From Thermodesulfovibrionales bacterium (GTDB lineage: Bacteria > Nitrospirota > Thermodesulfovibrionia > Thermodesulfovibrionales > UBA9159): a stretch of DNA of 64,000 nt. Within the stretch, counting starts at the first letter, position 1, and the number at the start of each line of letters is the position of its first letter. Shown piece after piece: positions 54,409 through 64,000 of this stretch. Location of the stretch: NCBI GenBank assembly GCA_035686305.1, contig DASRZP010000050.1, positions 3,338 through 67,337 on the forward strand, written 5' to 3'. The position numbers were made by a program, and so were the translations under genes. The notes beneath the pieces are model-generated. The model was not told where the DNA came from. It was given only the letters and a program-made list of their open reading frames with translations, and made no database searches.

Positions 54409-57400
54409 TGAATATCTCCCGGCTCTTCATCATGCGGCCGGTCGCGACCACGCTGCTGATGATCGCGATTCTGCTCGCGGGGGCTGTCGCGTACCGGCAG
54501 CTGCCGGTCTCGGCCCTGCCGCAAGTGGATTACCCGACGATCCAGGTCCGCACATTTTATCCGGGTGCAAGCCCTGATGTCATGGCCTCTTCCGTAACCG
54601 CGCCGCTGGAGCGGCAGTTCGGCCAGATGCCGGGCCTGACGCAGATGACCTCTGCGAGCTCAGGCGGCAGCTCGGTCATCACCCTCCAGTTCAGTCTTGA
54701 CCTCAGCCTTGACGTTGCCGAGCAGGAGGTCCAGCAGGCGATCAATGCGGCCTTTACCTTCCTGCCCCGGGACCTTCCGACCCCGCCTGTATACAGCAAG
54801 ATAAACCCGGCCGACGCGCCGATCCTGACCCTGGCCCTGACCTCCGACTCGGTGCGCCTCCCGAAGATCGAAGATCTGGCGGATACGCGGTTTGCACAGA
54901 AGATCTCCCAGCTGTCCGGCGTGGGGCTCGTGAGCATAAGCGGCGGCCAGAAGCCTGCAGTAAGGATCCACGCGAATCCCACCGCCCTTGCAGCCTATGG
55001 CCTGACTCTCGAAGACCTGCGCACGGCTATTGTTGCCGCCAACGTCAACCAGGCAAAGGGCAGCTTTGACGGGCCCCGTCAATCCTATGTCATCGGTGCG
55101 AACGATCAGATCTTTTCGAGCAAAGAGTATCAGCCGATTATCGTTGCCTATCGGAACGGGTCGCCGGTCCGCCTCTCCGATGTGGCGGAGGCTGTCGACG
55201 ATGTTGAGAACGTGAACCAGGCCGCGTGGATGAACGATGTTCCGGCGGTCATTGTCAATATCCAGCGCCAGCCCGGCGCCAATGTCATCGAAGTGGTAGA
55301 CCGCATCAAGAGGCTTCTGCCTCAGCTCCAGAGCTCCCTGCCTCCCGCCATCAAGGTCACGATGCTGACCGACCGCACCACGACGATCCGCGCATCGGTG
55401 AGGGACGTGCAGTTCGAGATGATGCTCGCAGTAGCGCTCGTGGTACTCGTCATCTTCCTCTTCCTCCGCAACCTCGCGGCAACGACGATCCCCAGCGTGG
55501 CGGTCCCCCTCTGTCTGGTGGGGTCCTTCGGAGTCATGTACCTCATGGGGTTCAGTCTCAATAATCTTTCCCTGATGGCTCTCACGATTTCGACAGGCTT
55601 TGTGGTGGACGATGCGATTGTCATGATCGAGAACGTTGCACGATACGTGGAACAAGGAGAAAGCCCGCTCGATGCCGCACTCAAAGGGGCCCAGCAGATC
55701 GGCTTTACCATCCTCTCACTCACGGTCTCGCTTATTGCGGTGCTCATCCCGCTGTTGTTCATGGGCGACGTGGTGGGGCGACTCTTCCGCGAGTTCGCCG
55801 TCACCCTCGGGGTCACGATCCTCATCTCCGCCGTGGTGTCGCTTACGCTCACGCCGATGATGTGCGCCAGGATCCTCAAGCATACTCCCGAGGAGAAGCA
55901 GGGGAGGTTCTATCATTCCTCCCAGGTCATGCTGGACCGGATCATCGCCGCCTACGGAAAGTCCCTGCAATGGGTTTTGCGTCATCAGAAAGCGACCCTT
56001 GTGGTCGCGGTAGCAACGCTTGTGTCAACGGTGCTCCTTTACGTCATCGTGCCGAAGGGCTTCTTCCCTGTTCAGGATACCGGGGTAATACAGGGCGTTT
56101 CCGAGGCCCCGCAATCGGTCTCCTTCACCGCCATGGCCGAACGCCAGCAGGCCCTCGCACGGGCGATCCTGAAGGACCCGGCGGTCGAGAGCCTCTCGGC
56201 CTTCATAGGGGTGGACGGTACGAACACAACTCTGAACAGCGGAAGGATCCTGATCAACCTCAAGCCCCTGAAGGAGCGTAGGATCAGTGCGAGCGACGTT
56301 ATTCGCCGTCTCCAGCCAGAGCTTGCAAAGGTCCAGGGGATATCTCTCTATATGCAGCCTGCGCAGGACCTCACGGTCGATGCAAGGGTCAGCCGCACGC
56401 AGTTCCAGTACACCCTCGAAGACCCTGACTTCGATGAACTGAACGCGTGGGCGCCAAGGCTTGTCAGCGTGCTGCGTACACGTCCGGAACTCCGCGACGT
56501 GAGCAGCGACCAGCAGGACAAAGGACTTACGGTCGGTATCTCGATCGACCGAGCGACGGCCTCGCGACTCGGCATTACCCCTCAGCTCATCGATGATACA
56601 CTCTATGATGCCTACGGACAGCGGCAGGTATCGACGATCTTTACGGAGCTGAACCAGTACCGAGTGGTCCTCGCGGTAAAGCCTGACTTCCAGCACGGAC
56701 CGCGGGGGCTTCAATCGATCTATCTGCGGAGCGCCAACGGCGGACAGGTTCCGCTCGGCGCGATCACCCAGGCGTCCGAATCCATGGGACCGCTTGTCAT
56801 TAACCGGCAGGGACAGTTTCCTGCAGTGACGACCTCTTTTAACCTCTCGCCGAGAGTTGCGCTCGGCAAGGCGGTCGATGCGATCGAGGCTGCGGCGCGG
56901 GAACTCGCACTACCTGCGAGCATACGGGGGAGTTTCCAGGGTACTGCCCAGGCCTTCAAGGCCTCTCTCACGAATGAACCGCTCCTGATCCTCGCAGCGC
57001 TGATAACCGTCTATATTGTGCTCGGGGTGCTGTACGAAAGCTACATCCATCCCGTCACGATACTGTCGACGCTGCCCTCTGCAGGTGTGGGGGCGGTGCT
57101 CTCGCTGATGCTTTTTCGGACCGAGCTCAACGTCATCGCGATCATCGGCATTATACTCCTCATCGGGATTGTGAAAAAGAACGGCATCATGATGGTCGAC
57201 TTTGCCCTGGAGGCTGAGCGCAAAGAGGGTAAAGGCCCTGAGGATGCGATCTACCAGGCCTGTCTTCTGAGGTTTAGACCGATCATGATGACGACGATGG
57301 CAGCACTTCTGGGAGCATTGCCCCTCGCCCTTGGGCATGGCGCCGGCTCCGAGCTTCGCCGTCCCCTCGGAATCTCTATTGTCGGCGGCCTCGTCTTCAG

Positions 57401-57530
57401 CCAGGTCCTTACCCTCTACACCACACCGGTCATCTATCTCGTTTTTGACAGGCTGTCCAGGCGCATGCGCGAAAGCCGCGCCGACGCGGTGACCGGTGAT
57501 TCAGGGCGCGGGGAAGGAACTCAGCATTAG
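54408..57530 (+). CDS. mdtB: MdtB/MuxB-type RND efflux permease
   Basis: 1040 aa. [18 protein letters not shown]...[11 protein letters not shown]. 12-TM RND architecture. Confidence 0.9.
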   Translation: MNISRLFIMRPVATTLLMIAILLAGAVAYRQLPVSALPQVDYPTIQVRTFYPGASPDVMASSVTAPLERQFGQMPGLTQMTSASSGGSSVITLQFSLDLSLDVAEQEVQQAINAAFTFLPRDLPTPPVYSKINPADAPILTLALTSDSVRLPKIEDLADTRFAQKISQLSGVGLVSISGGQKPAVRIHANPTALAAYGLTLEDLRTAIVAANVNQAKGSFDGPRQSYVIGANDQIFSSKEYQPIIVAYRNGSPVRLSDVAEAVDDVENVNQAAWMNDVPAVIVNIQRQPGANVIEVVDRIKRLLPQLQSSLPPAIKVTMLTDRTTTIRASVRDVQFEMMLAVALVVLVIFLFLRNLAATTIPSVAVPLCLVGSFGVMYLMGFSLNNLSLMALTISTGFVVDDAIVMIENVARYVEQGESPLDAALKGAQQIGFTILSLTVSLIAVLIPLLFMGDVVGRLFREFAVTLGVTILISAVVSLTLTPMMCARILKHTPEEKQGRFYHSSQVMLDRIIAAYGKSLQWVLRHQKATLVVAVATLVSTVLLYVIVPKGFFPVQDTGVIQGVSEAPQSVSFTAMAERQQALARAILKDPAVESLSAFIGVDGTNTTLNSGRILINLKPLKERRISASDVIRRLQPELAKVQGISLYMQPAQDLTVDARVSRTQFQYTLEDPDFDELNAWAPRLVSVLRTRPELRDVSSDQQDKGLTVGISIDRATASRLGITPQLIDDTLYDAYGQRQVSTIFTELNQYRVVLAVKPDFQHGPRGLQSIYLRSANGGQVPLGAITQASESMGPLVINRQGQFPAVTTSFNLSPRVALGKAVDAIEAAARELALPASIRGSFQGTAQAFKASLTNEPLLILAALITVYIVLGVLYESYIHPVTILSTLPSAGVGAVLSLMLFRTELNVIAIIGIILLIGIVKKNGIMMVDFALEAERKEGKGPEDAIYQACLLRFRPIMMTTMAALLGALPLALGHGAGSELRRPLGISIVGGLVFSQVLTLYTTPVIYLVFDRLSRRMRESRADAVTGDSGRGEGTQH

Positions 57531-57532
57531 CG

Positions 57533-60500
57533 ATGAACATTTCTGCGCCCTTCATCAGGAGGCCTGTCGCGACCACACTTCTCACCGTCGGGCTCGTGCT
57601 CGCAGGGATAACCGCCTTCCGCTCGCTCCCGGTATCGCCTCTGCCGCAGGTAGACTTTCCCACAATTTCTGTTTCGGCGTCTCTGCCCGGCGCGGATCCT
57701 GAGACCATCGCCACGTCGGTCGCAGTTCCCCTTGAACGTCAGCTCGGACGCATCGCAGGCGTGACCGAGCTGACCTCGACCAGTTACCAGGGCATCACGA
57801 GTATTACACTCCAGTTTGAGTTGAACCGCAATATCGACGGCGCTGCACGGGACGTCCAGGCGGCGATCAATGCGGCGCGCGCAGACCTGCCTGCAAACCT
57901 TCCGAGCAATCCGACGTACCGGAAGGTGAATCCTTCCGATGCGCCTATCCTCATCCTCGCGCTCACTTCCGAATCGGCGAGCAAGGAGCGCATGTATGAC
58001 GCGGCGTCCTCCATCATCCAGCAGAAGCTTTCCCAGGTGAAGGGCGTGGGCCAGGTCTTCGTGGGCGGCAGCTCGCTTCCCGCGGTGCGCGTCGATCTCA
58101 ACCCTGTGGCGCTCAGCAGGTACGGCATCAGTCTTGAAGGCGTGCGCGGTCTCCTCGCCTCGACGAATGTGAACCGGCCGAAGGGGCAGCTCTCGACCGC
58201 AGAGAAGACCTGGGAGATCCGCACAAACGACCAGCTCAGGACCGCTGCCGAGTATACGCCGCTCGTCGTAACCTACAGGTCGGGCGCCGCAGTGCGGCTG
58301 GAGGACGTGGCGAATGTCCAGAACTCGGTCGAGGACCTGCGCACGGCAGGGTTCGTCAACGGAAAGCCCGCGGTCATGGTGATCGTGTTTCGTCAGCCGG
58401 GTGCAAATATCATCGAAACGGTCGACAGAATCCGGGCAATGCTCGGGCAGTTGAAAGCGGCTCTTTCCGGTTCGGTGGATCTCTCGGTCGTGGTGGACCG
58501 CACCCCGCCCATCCGCGGATCGCTCCATCATGTGGAGGGGACGCTGGTGGTCTCGTGCCTGCTCGTCATCCTGGTGGTCTTTGTCTTCCTGCGCAATGTG
58601 AGAGCCACGATCATCCCCGGCGTGGCGGTTGCTGTTTCGATCGTCGGCACCTTCGCGGTCATGTACCTCTCCGGCTACAGCCTTGACAACCTTTCCCTCA
58701 TGGCCCTCACGATCGCCACGGGGTTCGTTGTCGACGATGCCATCGTGGTCCTCGAAAATATCACCCGTTACCGTGAAAAAGGGGAGACGTCGCTTCAGGC
58801 TGCCTTGTCAGGGACAAAGGAGATCGCCTTTACAGTCGTCTCGATGAGCGTCTCGCTCGTTGCGGTCTTCATTCCGATCCTCCTGATGGGCGGGATGGTC
58901 GGCCGGCTCTTCAGGGAGTTTGCGGTGACGCTGTCCGCGGCGATCATGGTGTCGCTTTTGCTGTCGCTGACGACAACGCCGATGATGTGCGCAACACTCC
59001 TGAGACCCGAGAGGGAGGATCACGGGAGACTGTACCATACGGGCGAGCGGGCCTTCCTATGGATGCACGACCACTATGACAGGAGCCTCCGCTGGGCCTT
59101 ACGACATTCCCGGTTCATGCTCTTCCTTATCGGAGTGACCGTTGTACTCAACGTCGTCCTCTTTGTTCTTGTGCCTAAGGGGTTTTTCCCCGAACAGGAT
59201 ACAGGCCGGCTCAACGGGTCGATCATTGCCGACCAGTCTACGTCGTTTCAATCCATGAGGGAGAAGCTGCTGCAGGTGGTGAATATCGTTATGAAGGACC
59301 CTGACGTAGAGTACGTCACAGGCTTTACCGGAGGGGGAGGAGGTGGTGGCTCAACGACGAATACGGGAAGGATGTTCGTGTCGCTCAAACCCTTCGAGAA
59401 GAGGAAGTCTACGGCGCAGCAGGTGATCGCGCGGCTGCGTAAGGGGCTCGCATCAGTGCCCGGCGCACCGACCTTTCTCCAGCCGGTACAGGACCTGAGG
59501 ATAGGGGGGAGAATAAGCGGCGCGCTCTATCAGTTCACCCTCAGGGGAGACAATCTCGATGAGCTTAACCTCTGGGGCCAGCGCATGCTCCAGAAGCTGC
59601 GGACCATGTCCGAGATCGTCGATGTGAGCAGCGACCAGCAGGACAAGGGGCTCGAGGCCTCGCTCGTCATCGACCGTGATACCGCCTCGCGGCTTGGTAT
59701 AACGCCTCAGCTCATGGATAATGTCCTCTACGACGCCTTCGGCCAACGCCAGGTGTCGATAACCTATACGCTCCTGAACCAGTACCATGTCGTCATGGAA
59801 GTTGACCCGCGCTTCTGGCAGCATCCTGACACGCTCAAGGACATCTATGTGACGTCCGCCGGCGGCGGTCAGACGCCGTTGAACGTCTTCACGCACTACG
59901 AACCGAAAGCAAAGTCGCTGGCGGTGAACCACCAGGGACAGTTCCCTGCGATTACGCTCTCTTTCAACCTGGCGCCGGGTGTCGCCCTTGGAAGCGCGGT
60001 GTCCGCAATCGGTGCCGCGGCGCGGGAGATGGGAATGCCTTCGAGCATCCGCAGCAGCTTTGCCGGCACGGCCCAGGCATTTCAGGACTCGCTTGTAAGC
60101 GAGCCGCTCTTGATCCTTGCGGCGCTCATCACCGTCTACATCGTGCTCGGGGTGCTTTACGAAAGCTACATCCATCCCATCACCATCCTCTCGACGCTGC
60201 CCTCGGCAGGAGTGGGGGCTGTCCTTGCCCTCATGTTCTTCCACACCGACCTCAGCATAATCGCGGTCATCGGCATCGTCCTTCTGATCGGCATCGTGAA
60301 GAAGAACGGAATCATGATGGTCGACTTTGCCCTCGAGGCCGAGCGCAAGGAAGGGAAGGCCCCTGAAGAGGCAATTTTTCAGGCCTGCCTTTTGCGGTTC
60401 CGGCCTATCATGATGACGACCATGGCGGCGCTTTTGGGCGCCTTGCCCCTTGCGGTGGGATCAGGGGTGGGGTCGGAGCTTCGCCGGCCGCTCGGCATCT

Positions 60501-60658
60501 CGATCGTCGGCGGACTGATCTTCAGCCAGATGCTCACGCTCTACACGACACCTGTGGTTTACCTGTACCTTGACCGTTTCAGGCTGTGGGTTGAAGGTGT
60601 GAGGAAGGGACAGAGATGGCGGCACGACAACAAGATCACCTCGTCTACCGAAATATGA
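57533..60658 (+). CDS. mdtC: MdtC/MuxC-type RND efflux permease
   Basis: 1041 aa. [18 protein letters not shown]...LPQVDFPTISV. Paralogue of the preceding gene. Confidence 0.9.
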   Translation: MNISAPFIRRPVATTLLTVGLVLAGITAFRSLPVSPLPQVDFPTISVSASLPGADPETIATSVAVPLERQLGRIAGVTELTSTSYQGITSITLQFELNRNIDGAARDVQAAINAARADLPANLPSNPTYRKVNPSDAPILILALTSESASKERMYDAASSIIQQKLSQVKGVGQVFVGGSSLPAVRVDLNPVALSRYGISLEGVRGLLASTNVNRPKGQLSTAEKTWEIRTNDQLRTAAEYTPLVVTYRSGAAVRLEDVANVQNSVEDLRTAGFVNGKPAVMVIVFRQPGANIIETVDRIRAMLGQLKAALSGSVDLSVVVDRTPPIRGSLHHVEGTLVVSCLLVILVVFVFLRNVRATIIPGVAVAVSIVGTFAVMYLSGYSLDNLSLMALTIATGFVVDDAIVVLENITRYREKGETSLQAALSGTKEIAFTVVSMSVSLVAVFIPILLMGGMVGRLFREFAVTLSAAIMVSLLLSLTTTPMMCATLLRPEREDHGRLYHTGERAFLWMHDHYDRSLRWALRHSRFMLFLIGVTVVLNVVLFVLVPKGFFPEQDTGRLNGSIIADQSTSFQSMREKLLQVVNIVMKDPDVEYVTGFTGGGGGGGSTTNTGRMFVSLKPFEKRKSTAQQVIARLRKGLASVPGAPTFLQPVQDLRIGGRISGALYQFTLRGDNLDELNLWGQRMLQKLRTMSEIVDVSSDQQDKGLEASLVIDRDTASRLGITPQLMDNVLYDAFGQRQVSITYTLLNQYHVVMEVDPRFWQHPDTLKDIYVTSAGGGQTPLNVFTHYEPKAKSLAVNHQGQFPAITLSFNLAPGVALGSAVSAIGAAAREMGMPSSIRSSFAGTAQAFQDSLVSEPLLILAALITVYIVLGVLYESYIHPITILSTLPSAGVGAVLALMFFHTDLSIIAVIGIVLLIGIVKKNGIMMVDFALEAERKEGKAPEEAIFQACLLRFRPIMMTTMAALLGALPLAVGSGVGSELRRPLGISIVGGLIFSQMLTLYTTPVVYLYLDRFRLWVEGVRKGQRWRHDNKITSSTEI

Positions 60659-60667
60659 GGAGCGCAC

Positions 60668-62173
60668 ATGAGCCATCACCACTATAAGGTAATCTTGATA
60701 AGCACAATCTTATTGGTTTTCACGGCATGCACGGTAGGCCCTGACTACGTGCGGCCGGCGACTGACGTTCCTCCGTCATACAAAGAGTCCGAGGGATGGA
60801 AGAAGGCCCAACCAAGGGATGGTGTTGCGAAGGGCCCATGGTGGGAGATCTTCAACGACCCTCTGCTGAATGAACTCGAAGAGAGGGTCGGAGTATCGAA
60901 CCAGAATGTTGCTGTTGCGGAAGCGCAGTATCACCAGGCGAGGGCGCTTGTCCAGGCGGTCCGCGCCGGTTATTTCCCGAAGATCACCGCAGGGGCCTCG
61001 GTGACGCGCTCCAGGGGATCGTCGCATGTTGGAAGCGGGTCCTTTACCTCGGCGGGCACTACGAATGATTTTTTGCTGCCTGTCGATTTTTCATGGGAGC
61101 TTGATATCTGGGGAAAAGTGCGGCGTTCTGTCGAGGCGAGTCAGGCAAGTGCGGAGGCGAGCGCGGCCAACCTCGAAGCTGTCCGGCTCAGCATGCAGGC
61201 TGAGCTTGCGGTGGACTATTTCGCGCTCCGCTCCCTCGACGCGCAAAAGGAGCTTCTGGATGCGACGGCAGCAGCTTACGAGAAATCCCTCCAGCTGACA
61301 AAGAACCGGTACAACAGCGGCATCGCCTCGAGAGGCGATGTGCTCTTGGCTGAAACCCAGGTCAACACTACCCAGGCCCAGGCGATCGATACCAGCGTTC
61401 AGCGCGCGCAGCTGGAGCACGCCATCGCGTTGCTTGTCGGAACGGCGGCGTCCGTCTTTTCGCTCAAGATTGCGCCGCTTACGGCACTTCCTCCGGCGAT
61501 ACCTGTGGGAGTGCCCTCTGAACTCCTTGAACGCAGACCGGATATCGCATCTTCCGAGCGGAGTGTCGCTGCTGCGAACGCCCAGATCGGGGTCGCTATG
61601 GCAGCTTATTATCCGACTGTCACCCTAAGTGCATCAGGAGGATTCGAGTCCTCACAGTTCTCGAAGTGGCTGACATGGCCAAGCCGCTTCTGGTCGGTGG
61701 GGCCTTCGGTACTGGAGACCGTTGTTGAAGGAGGGCTGAGGCGAGCGCAGACCGAAGAGGCACGGGCCGCCTATGACGCGAGTGTTGCATCCTATCGTCA
61801 GACGGTGTTGACCGCATTTCAGGAGGTAGAAGACAATCTGGCGGCTCTGCGCATCCTGGAGGACGAAGCCAGGGTGCAGGACGAGGCAGTGAAGGCTGCG
61901 ACGCAGGCGCTCGCGGTAACGACAAACCAGTATAAGGCCGGAACAGTGAGTTACATCGATGTGATCGTTACTCAAGCCCTCGCGCTGAACAACGAGAGGA
62001 CCTTAATCACCATTCAAGGCAGGCGGATGGTCGCGGCGGCGCTACTCATCAAGGCCCTGGGCGGTGGGTGGAATGAGGCCGAATTCCTTACGACTGCCAA
62101 TGTTAAGGACGAGGACAGATCAGCGGACCAGGCAGACAGGACTGTGAGCGAGGGACCTCACAGTCCGCATTAA
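60668..62173 (+). CDS. NodT/OprM-family efflux outer-membrane lipoprotein
   Basis: Lipobox FTAC, then TVGPDYVRPA. Two OEP repeats. Confidence 0.85.
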   Translation: MSHHHYKVILISTILLVFTACTVGPDYVRPATDVPPSYKESEGWKKAQPRDGVAKGPWWEIFNDPLLNELEERVGVSNQNVAVAEAQYHQARALVQAVRAGYFPKITAGASVTRSRGSSHVGSGSFTSAGTTNDFLLPVDFSWELDIWGKVRRSVEASQASAEASAANLEAVRLSMQAELAVDYFALRSLDAQKELLDATAAAYEKSLQLTKNRYNSGIASRGDVLLAETQVNTTQAQAIDTSVQRAQLEHAIALLVGTAASVFSLKIAPLTALPPAIPVGVPSELLERRPDIASSERSVAAANAQIGVAMAAYYPTVTLSASGGFESSQFSKWLTWPSRFWSVGPSVLETVVEGGLRRAQTEEARAAYDASVASYRQTVLTAFQEVEDNLAALRILEDEARVQDEAVKAATQALAVTTNQYKAGTVSYIDVIVTQALALNNERTLITIQGRRMVAAALLIKALGGGWNEAEFLTTANVKDEDRSADQADRTVSEGPHSPH

Positions 62174-62341
62174 ACCCAGGGTCCAGAGGTCTGATTCACA
62201 ATGCTCCGACTCATGGATCATCGTAGCAAATTGGACGCTCTCCTGATACAATGAAGCTGATGAGGACACCTGCGGTCTTCATGTTAGGACAAGGAGACCA
62301 TGGATGGATATCCTGTTCATCGTCATGAGCGAGGAGGGGTT

Positions 62342-64000
62342 ATGCTGATAAGAGTGATGTATCAGAACGACAGCTTTGACATGGTAAAGCCTGCCCTTCT
62401 CGATGAACTTATCTCGTCCAACAGGATAAGGAAGTTTCTCCGTTCTGAGGGGTGGACGACTATCGGTATTGATCCTGTGAGGGAAAGAAGATTCGGTTAC
62501 AGGGGGCCTGAAAGGAGAAAGACCATGATGCAGGGACTTTCCGGGCCTCCTGCCCGGCGACAAGAAGACCGGTCTTCCGGGGGATCAGCGATGGGCTTCG
62601 ATGAACGTCCGCAGCGGAGAGATGCGTCCCGGCCGGCGAAGGGGGAAGGATTCAGAAGCGTCTATGAGAATGCTCCAATCGGGATTGAGTTATATGATCG
62701 TGAAGGCATCCTCCTTGACGTGAATAAGGCCTGTCTCGAGATCTTTGGTGTTGATGACATCTCGGCGGTGAAAGGATTCGATCTTTTCGGCGACCCCAAC
62801 CTGACCGACGAACAGAAGAAGGAACTCCGTGAAGGCAGATCTCTCCGTCAGGAAATAGCCTTTGATTTTGATCTCGTGAAAAGGCGCAATCTCTACCCGA
62901 CGGCCCGGGAGGGGCTGCGGTATCTCGATGTCCATATCGCTCCTCTTGCGCCCCTTGACATGAACGAGAATCTCGGGTACCTCGTCTATGTGCGCGACAT
63001 TACTGTTCGGAAAAAGGCGGAGGATAGACTTCTTGAAAGCGAAAAGAAGCTGCGTGACATCACTTCACATATCGGCGAGGGTATTTATGTCTTTGACTCA
63101 GATGGCCGCATAACGTTCATGAACAGCGAGGCTGAGCGTCTCTTGGGCTGGACGATAACGGAATTGAATGAGAGAGGAGCCCATGAAACCGTTCATTCCT
63201 TGAGGGCAGACGGAAGGCCTCTCTCCTTTGAAGACTGCGAAATGCACAATGTCCTCAAGACTGGAAAGCGGTTTTTTTCGAATGACGAGGTCTTTGTCAG
63301 GAGAGACGGAACGGTCTTTCCGATATCGGTCATCGCCAGCCCTATCAGTGAAGACGGCAACATCGTGGGATCGGTCGTTGCATTCAGAGATATCACCGAA
63401 CTCAAAAAACTGGAACAGGAACTTCTCAAGGCACAGAAGCTCGAATCCGTTGGTGTCCTTGCAGGAGGAATTGCCCATGATTTTAACAATCTCCTTCAGA
63501 TTATTATGGGAAACATTTCTCTCGCAAGGACCTACGAAGATCCCGGCAGCAGGAGATCTGAACTCCTGGAACTGGCTGAGCAGGCTTCTGAGCAGGCAAA
63601 GGACCTGAGTTACCGCCTCCTCACGTTTTCTTCGGGCGGGAAGCCGCACAGACGGGTAACGTCTCTGTCAAAGCTGCTGATCGAATCCGTCAACCTCTCC
63701 CTGAGCGGATCCAACGTAAGTTGTGTGTTCGACATTGCCGACGATCTTTCTGCGGTCGATATCGATGAGGGGCAGATAAGGCAGGCCGTCAGTGCTATCG
63801 TCGTCAATGCGAGGGAGGCGACGCCGAACGGAGGAATCCTGAGGGTGGATGCCGGCAATGTTGCTGTCACCGCAAAGGACAGACTGCCCCTAAAGGAGGG
63901 CGACTATCTTCACATACTTGTGAAGGACGAGGGAGTCGGTATACCCGTTGAAAACCTGGCGAAGATCTTTGACCCATACTTCAGTACCAAGGAGAGAGGG
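62342..64000 (+). CDS. PAS-domain sensor histidine kinase (3' end truncated by the window) with a small N-terminal extra module
   Basis: An open frame runs from ATG 62342 to the window end; it is absent from the ORF track because no stop is reached. Two PAS segments, H-box GIAHDFNNLL, and HATPase motifs DEGVGIP..IFDPYFSTK. An internal SD+ATG at 62525 is an alternative start. Confidence 0.8.
   Translation, partial: MLIRVMYQNDSFDMVKPALLDELISSNRIRKFLRSEGWTTIGIDPVRERRFGYRGPERRKTMMQGLSGPPARRQEDRSSGGSAMGFDERPQRRDASRPAKGEGFRSVYENAPIGIELYDREGILLDVNKACLEIFGVDDISAVKGFDLFGDPNLTDEQKKELREGRSLRQEIAFDFDLVKRRNLYPTAREGLRYLDVHIAPLAPLDMNENLGYLVYVRDITVRKKAEDRLLESEKKLRDITSHIGEGIYVFDSDGRITFMNSEAERLLGWTITELNERGAHETVHSLRADGRPLSFEDCEMHNVLKTGKRFFSNDEVFVRRDGTVFPISVIASPISEDGNIVGSVVAFRDITELKKLEQELLKAQKLESVGVLAGGIAHDFNNLLQIIMGNISLARTYEDPGSRRSELLELAEQASEQAKDLSYRLLTFSSGGKPHRRVTSLSKLLIESVNLSLSGSNVSCVFDIADDLSAVDIDEGQIRQAVSAIVVNAREATPNGGILRVDAGNVAVTAKDRLPLKEGDYLHILVKDEGVGIPVENLAKIFDPYFSTKERG

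Noticed and set aside
56981-57110. Near-identical stretch shared by mdtB (about 56981-57110) and mdtC (about 60100-60230), considered as recent gene conversion or a repeat.
   Set aside because: The nucleotide differences are spread as synonymous changes over a strongly conserved TM10-TM11 peptide ([41 protein letters not shown]). Ordinary paralogue conservation explains it.
54660-60244. Long antisense or alternative-frame track ORFs inside the RND genes (e.g. 54660..55655 at 331 aa, 57527..58531 at 334 aa, 59453..60244 at 263 aa, 56025..56714).
   Set aside because: They lie opposite or out of frame to ORFs with unmistakable MdtB/MdtC sequence. They are Arg/Gly/His-rich low-complexity translations typical of GC-rich antisense frames, with no start context.
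1-64000. Scan for CRISPR arrays, tRNA/rRNA/tmRNA genes, IS transposases, integrases, toxin-antitoxin pairs or known defence-system genes.
   Set aside because: No regularly spaced direct repeats, no tRNA-like cloverleaf candidates in the intergenic gaps, and no ORFs with nuclease, transposase or recombinase hallmarks were seen. The absence is by eye only and should be confirmed with tRNAscan, Infernal and defence-system HMMs.

Overview
This 64-kb chromosomal window comes from a diderm bacterium with an anaerobe-style gene set: a multiheme cytochrome c, a radical-SAM enzyme, a small ferredoxin and a TorD-like chaperone. Lineage cannot be fixed from sequence alone. The short repeat families present are ones I associate with Nitrospirota/Desulfobacterota-type genomes (low confidence). 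I saw no rRNA, tRNA, CRISPR array, transposase, integrase or recognisable defence genes. Layout: (i) 0-3.3 kb holds an MBL hydrolase, a pentaheme cytochrome c interrupted by one in-frame TGA, and rsmA. (ii) 3.3-24.6 kb is an AT-rich surface-glycan locus. It has five stand-alone glycosyltransferases, a 1213-aa triple-GT protein with a central coiled coil, three methyltransferases, a radical-SAM enzyme with a partial SPASM (twitch-like) domain, an AsnB-type amidotransferase, a DegT aminotransferase, a hexapeptide acyltransferase, an orphan secreted protein and two Wzm/Wzt ABC exporters. One Wzt carries the C-terminal glycan-binding domain. (iii) 24.8-27.5 kb holds two monocistronic secreted proteins, one S74 tail-fibre-like and one CAP/PKD. 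(iv) 27.8-32.2 kb holds gmd, a TorD-like gene, atpZ/atpI-like genes, a TusA-like gene, an SDR and bioD, with two MITE/REP-like elements. (v) 32.2-45.3 kb holds a secreted metzincin gene pair next to a complete gspCDEFGHIJKLMN type II secretion operon. (vi) 45.4-50.8 kb holds a DHS-like protein, ferredoxin, aconitase, citrate synthase and nth. (vii) 50.9-62.2 kb holds an ECF sigma/anti-sigma/Spy-like module, a lipoprotein, and an MdtABC-type RND pump with its outer-membrane factor. (viii) The window ends in a 3'-truncated PAS histidine kinase. I did not find an unmistakable new multi-gene system. The most unusual signals are listed here. First, a two-copy ~170-nt intergenic element whose differences are compensatory, making it a candidate structured RNA. 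Second, the in-frame TGA plus SECIS-like hairpin in the cytochrome. Third, the coiled-coil triple glycosyltransferase and twitch-type radical-SAM inside a cap-dependent ABC glycan pathway. Fourth, a GspD secretin ending in a subtilase-propeptide-like domain. Fifth, tandem GGATGAA heptamer arrays embedded at the 5' ends of T2SS genes, one pair of which can sequester the gspJ start codon.
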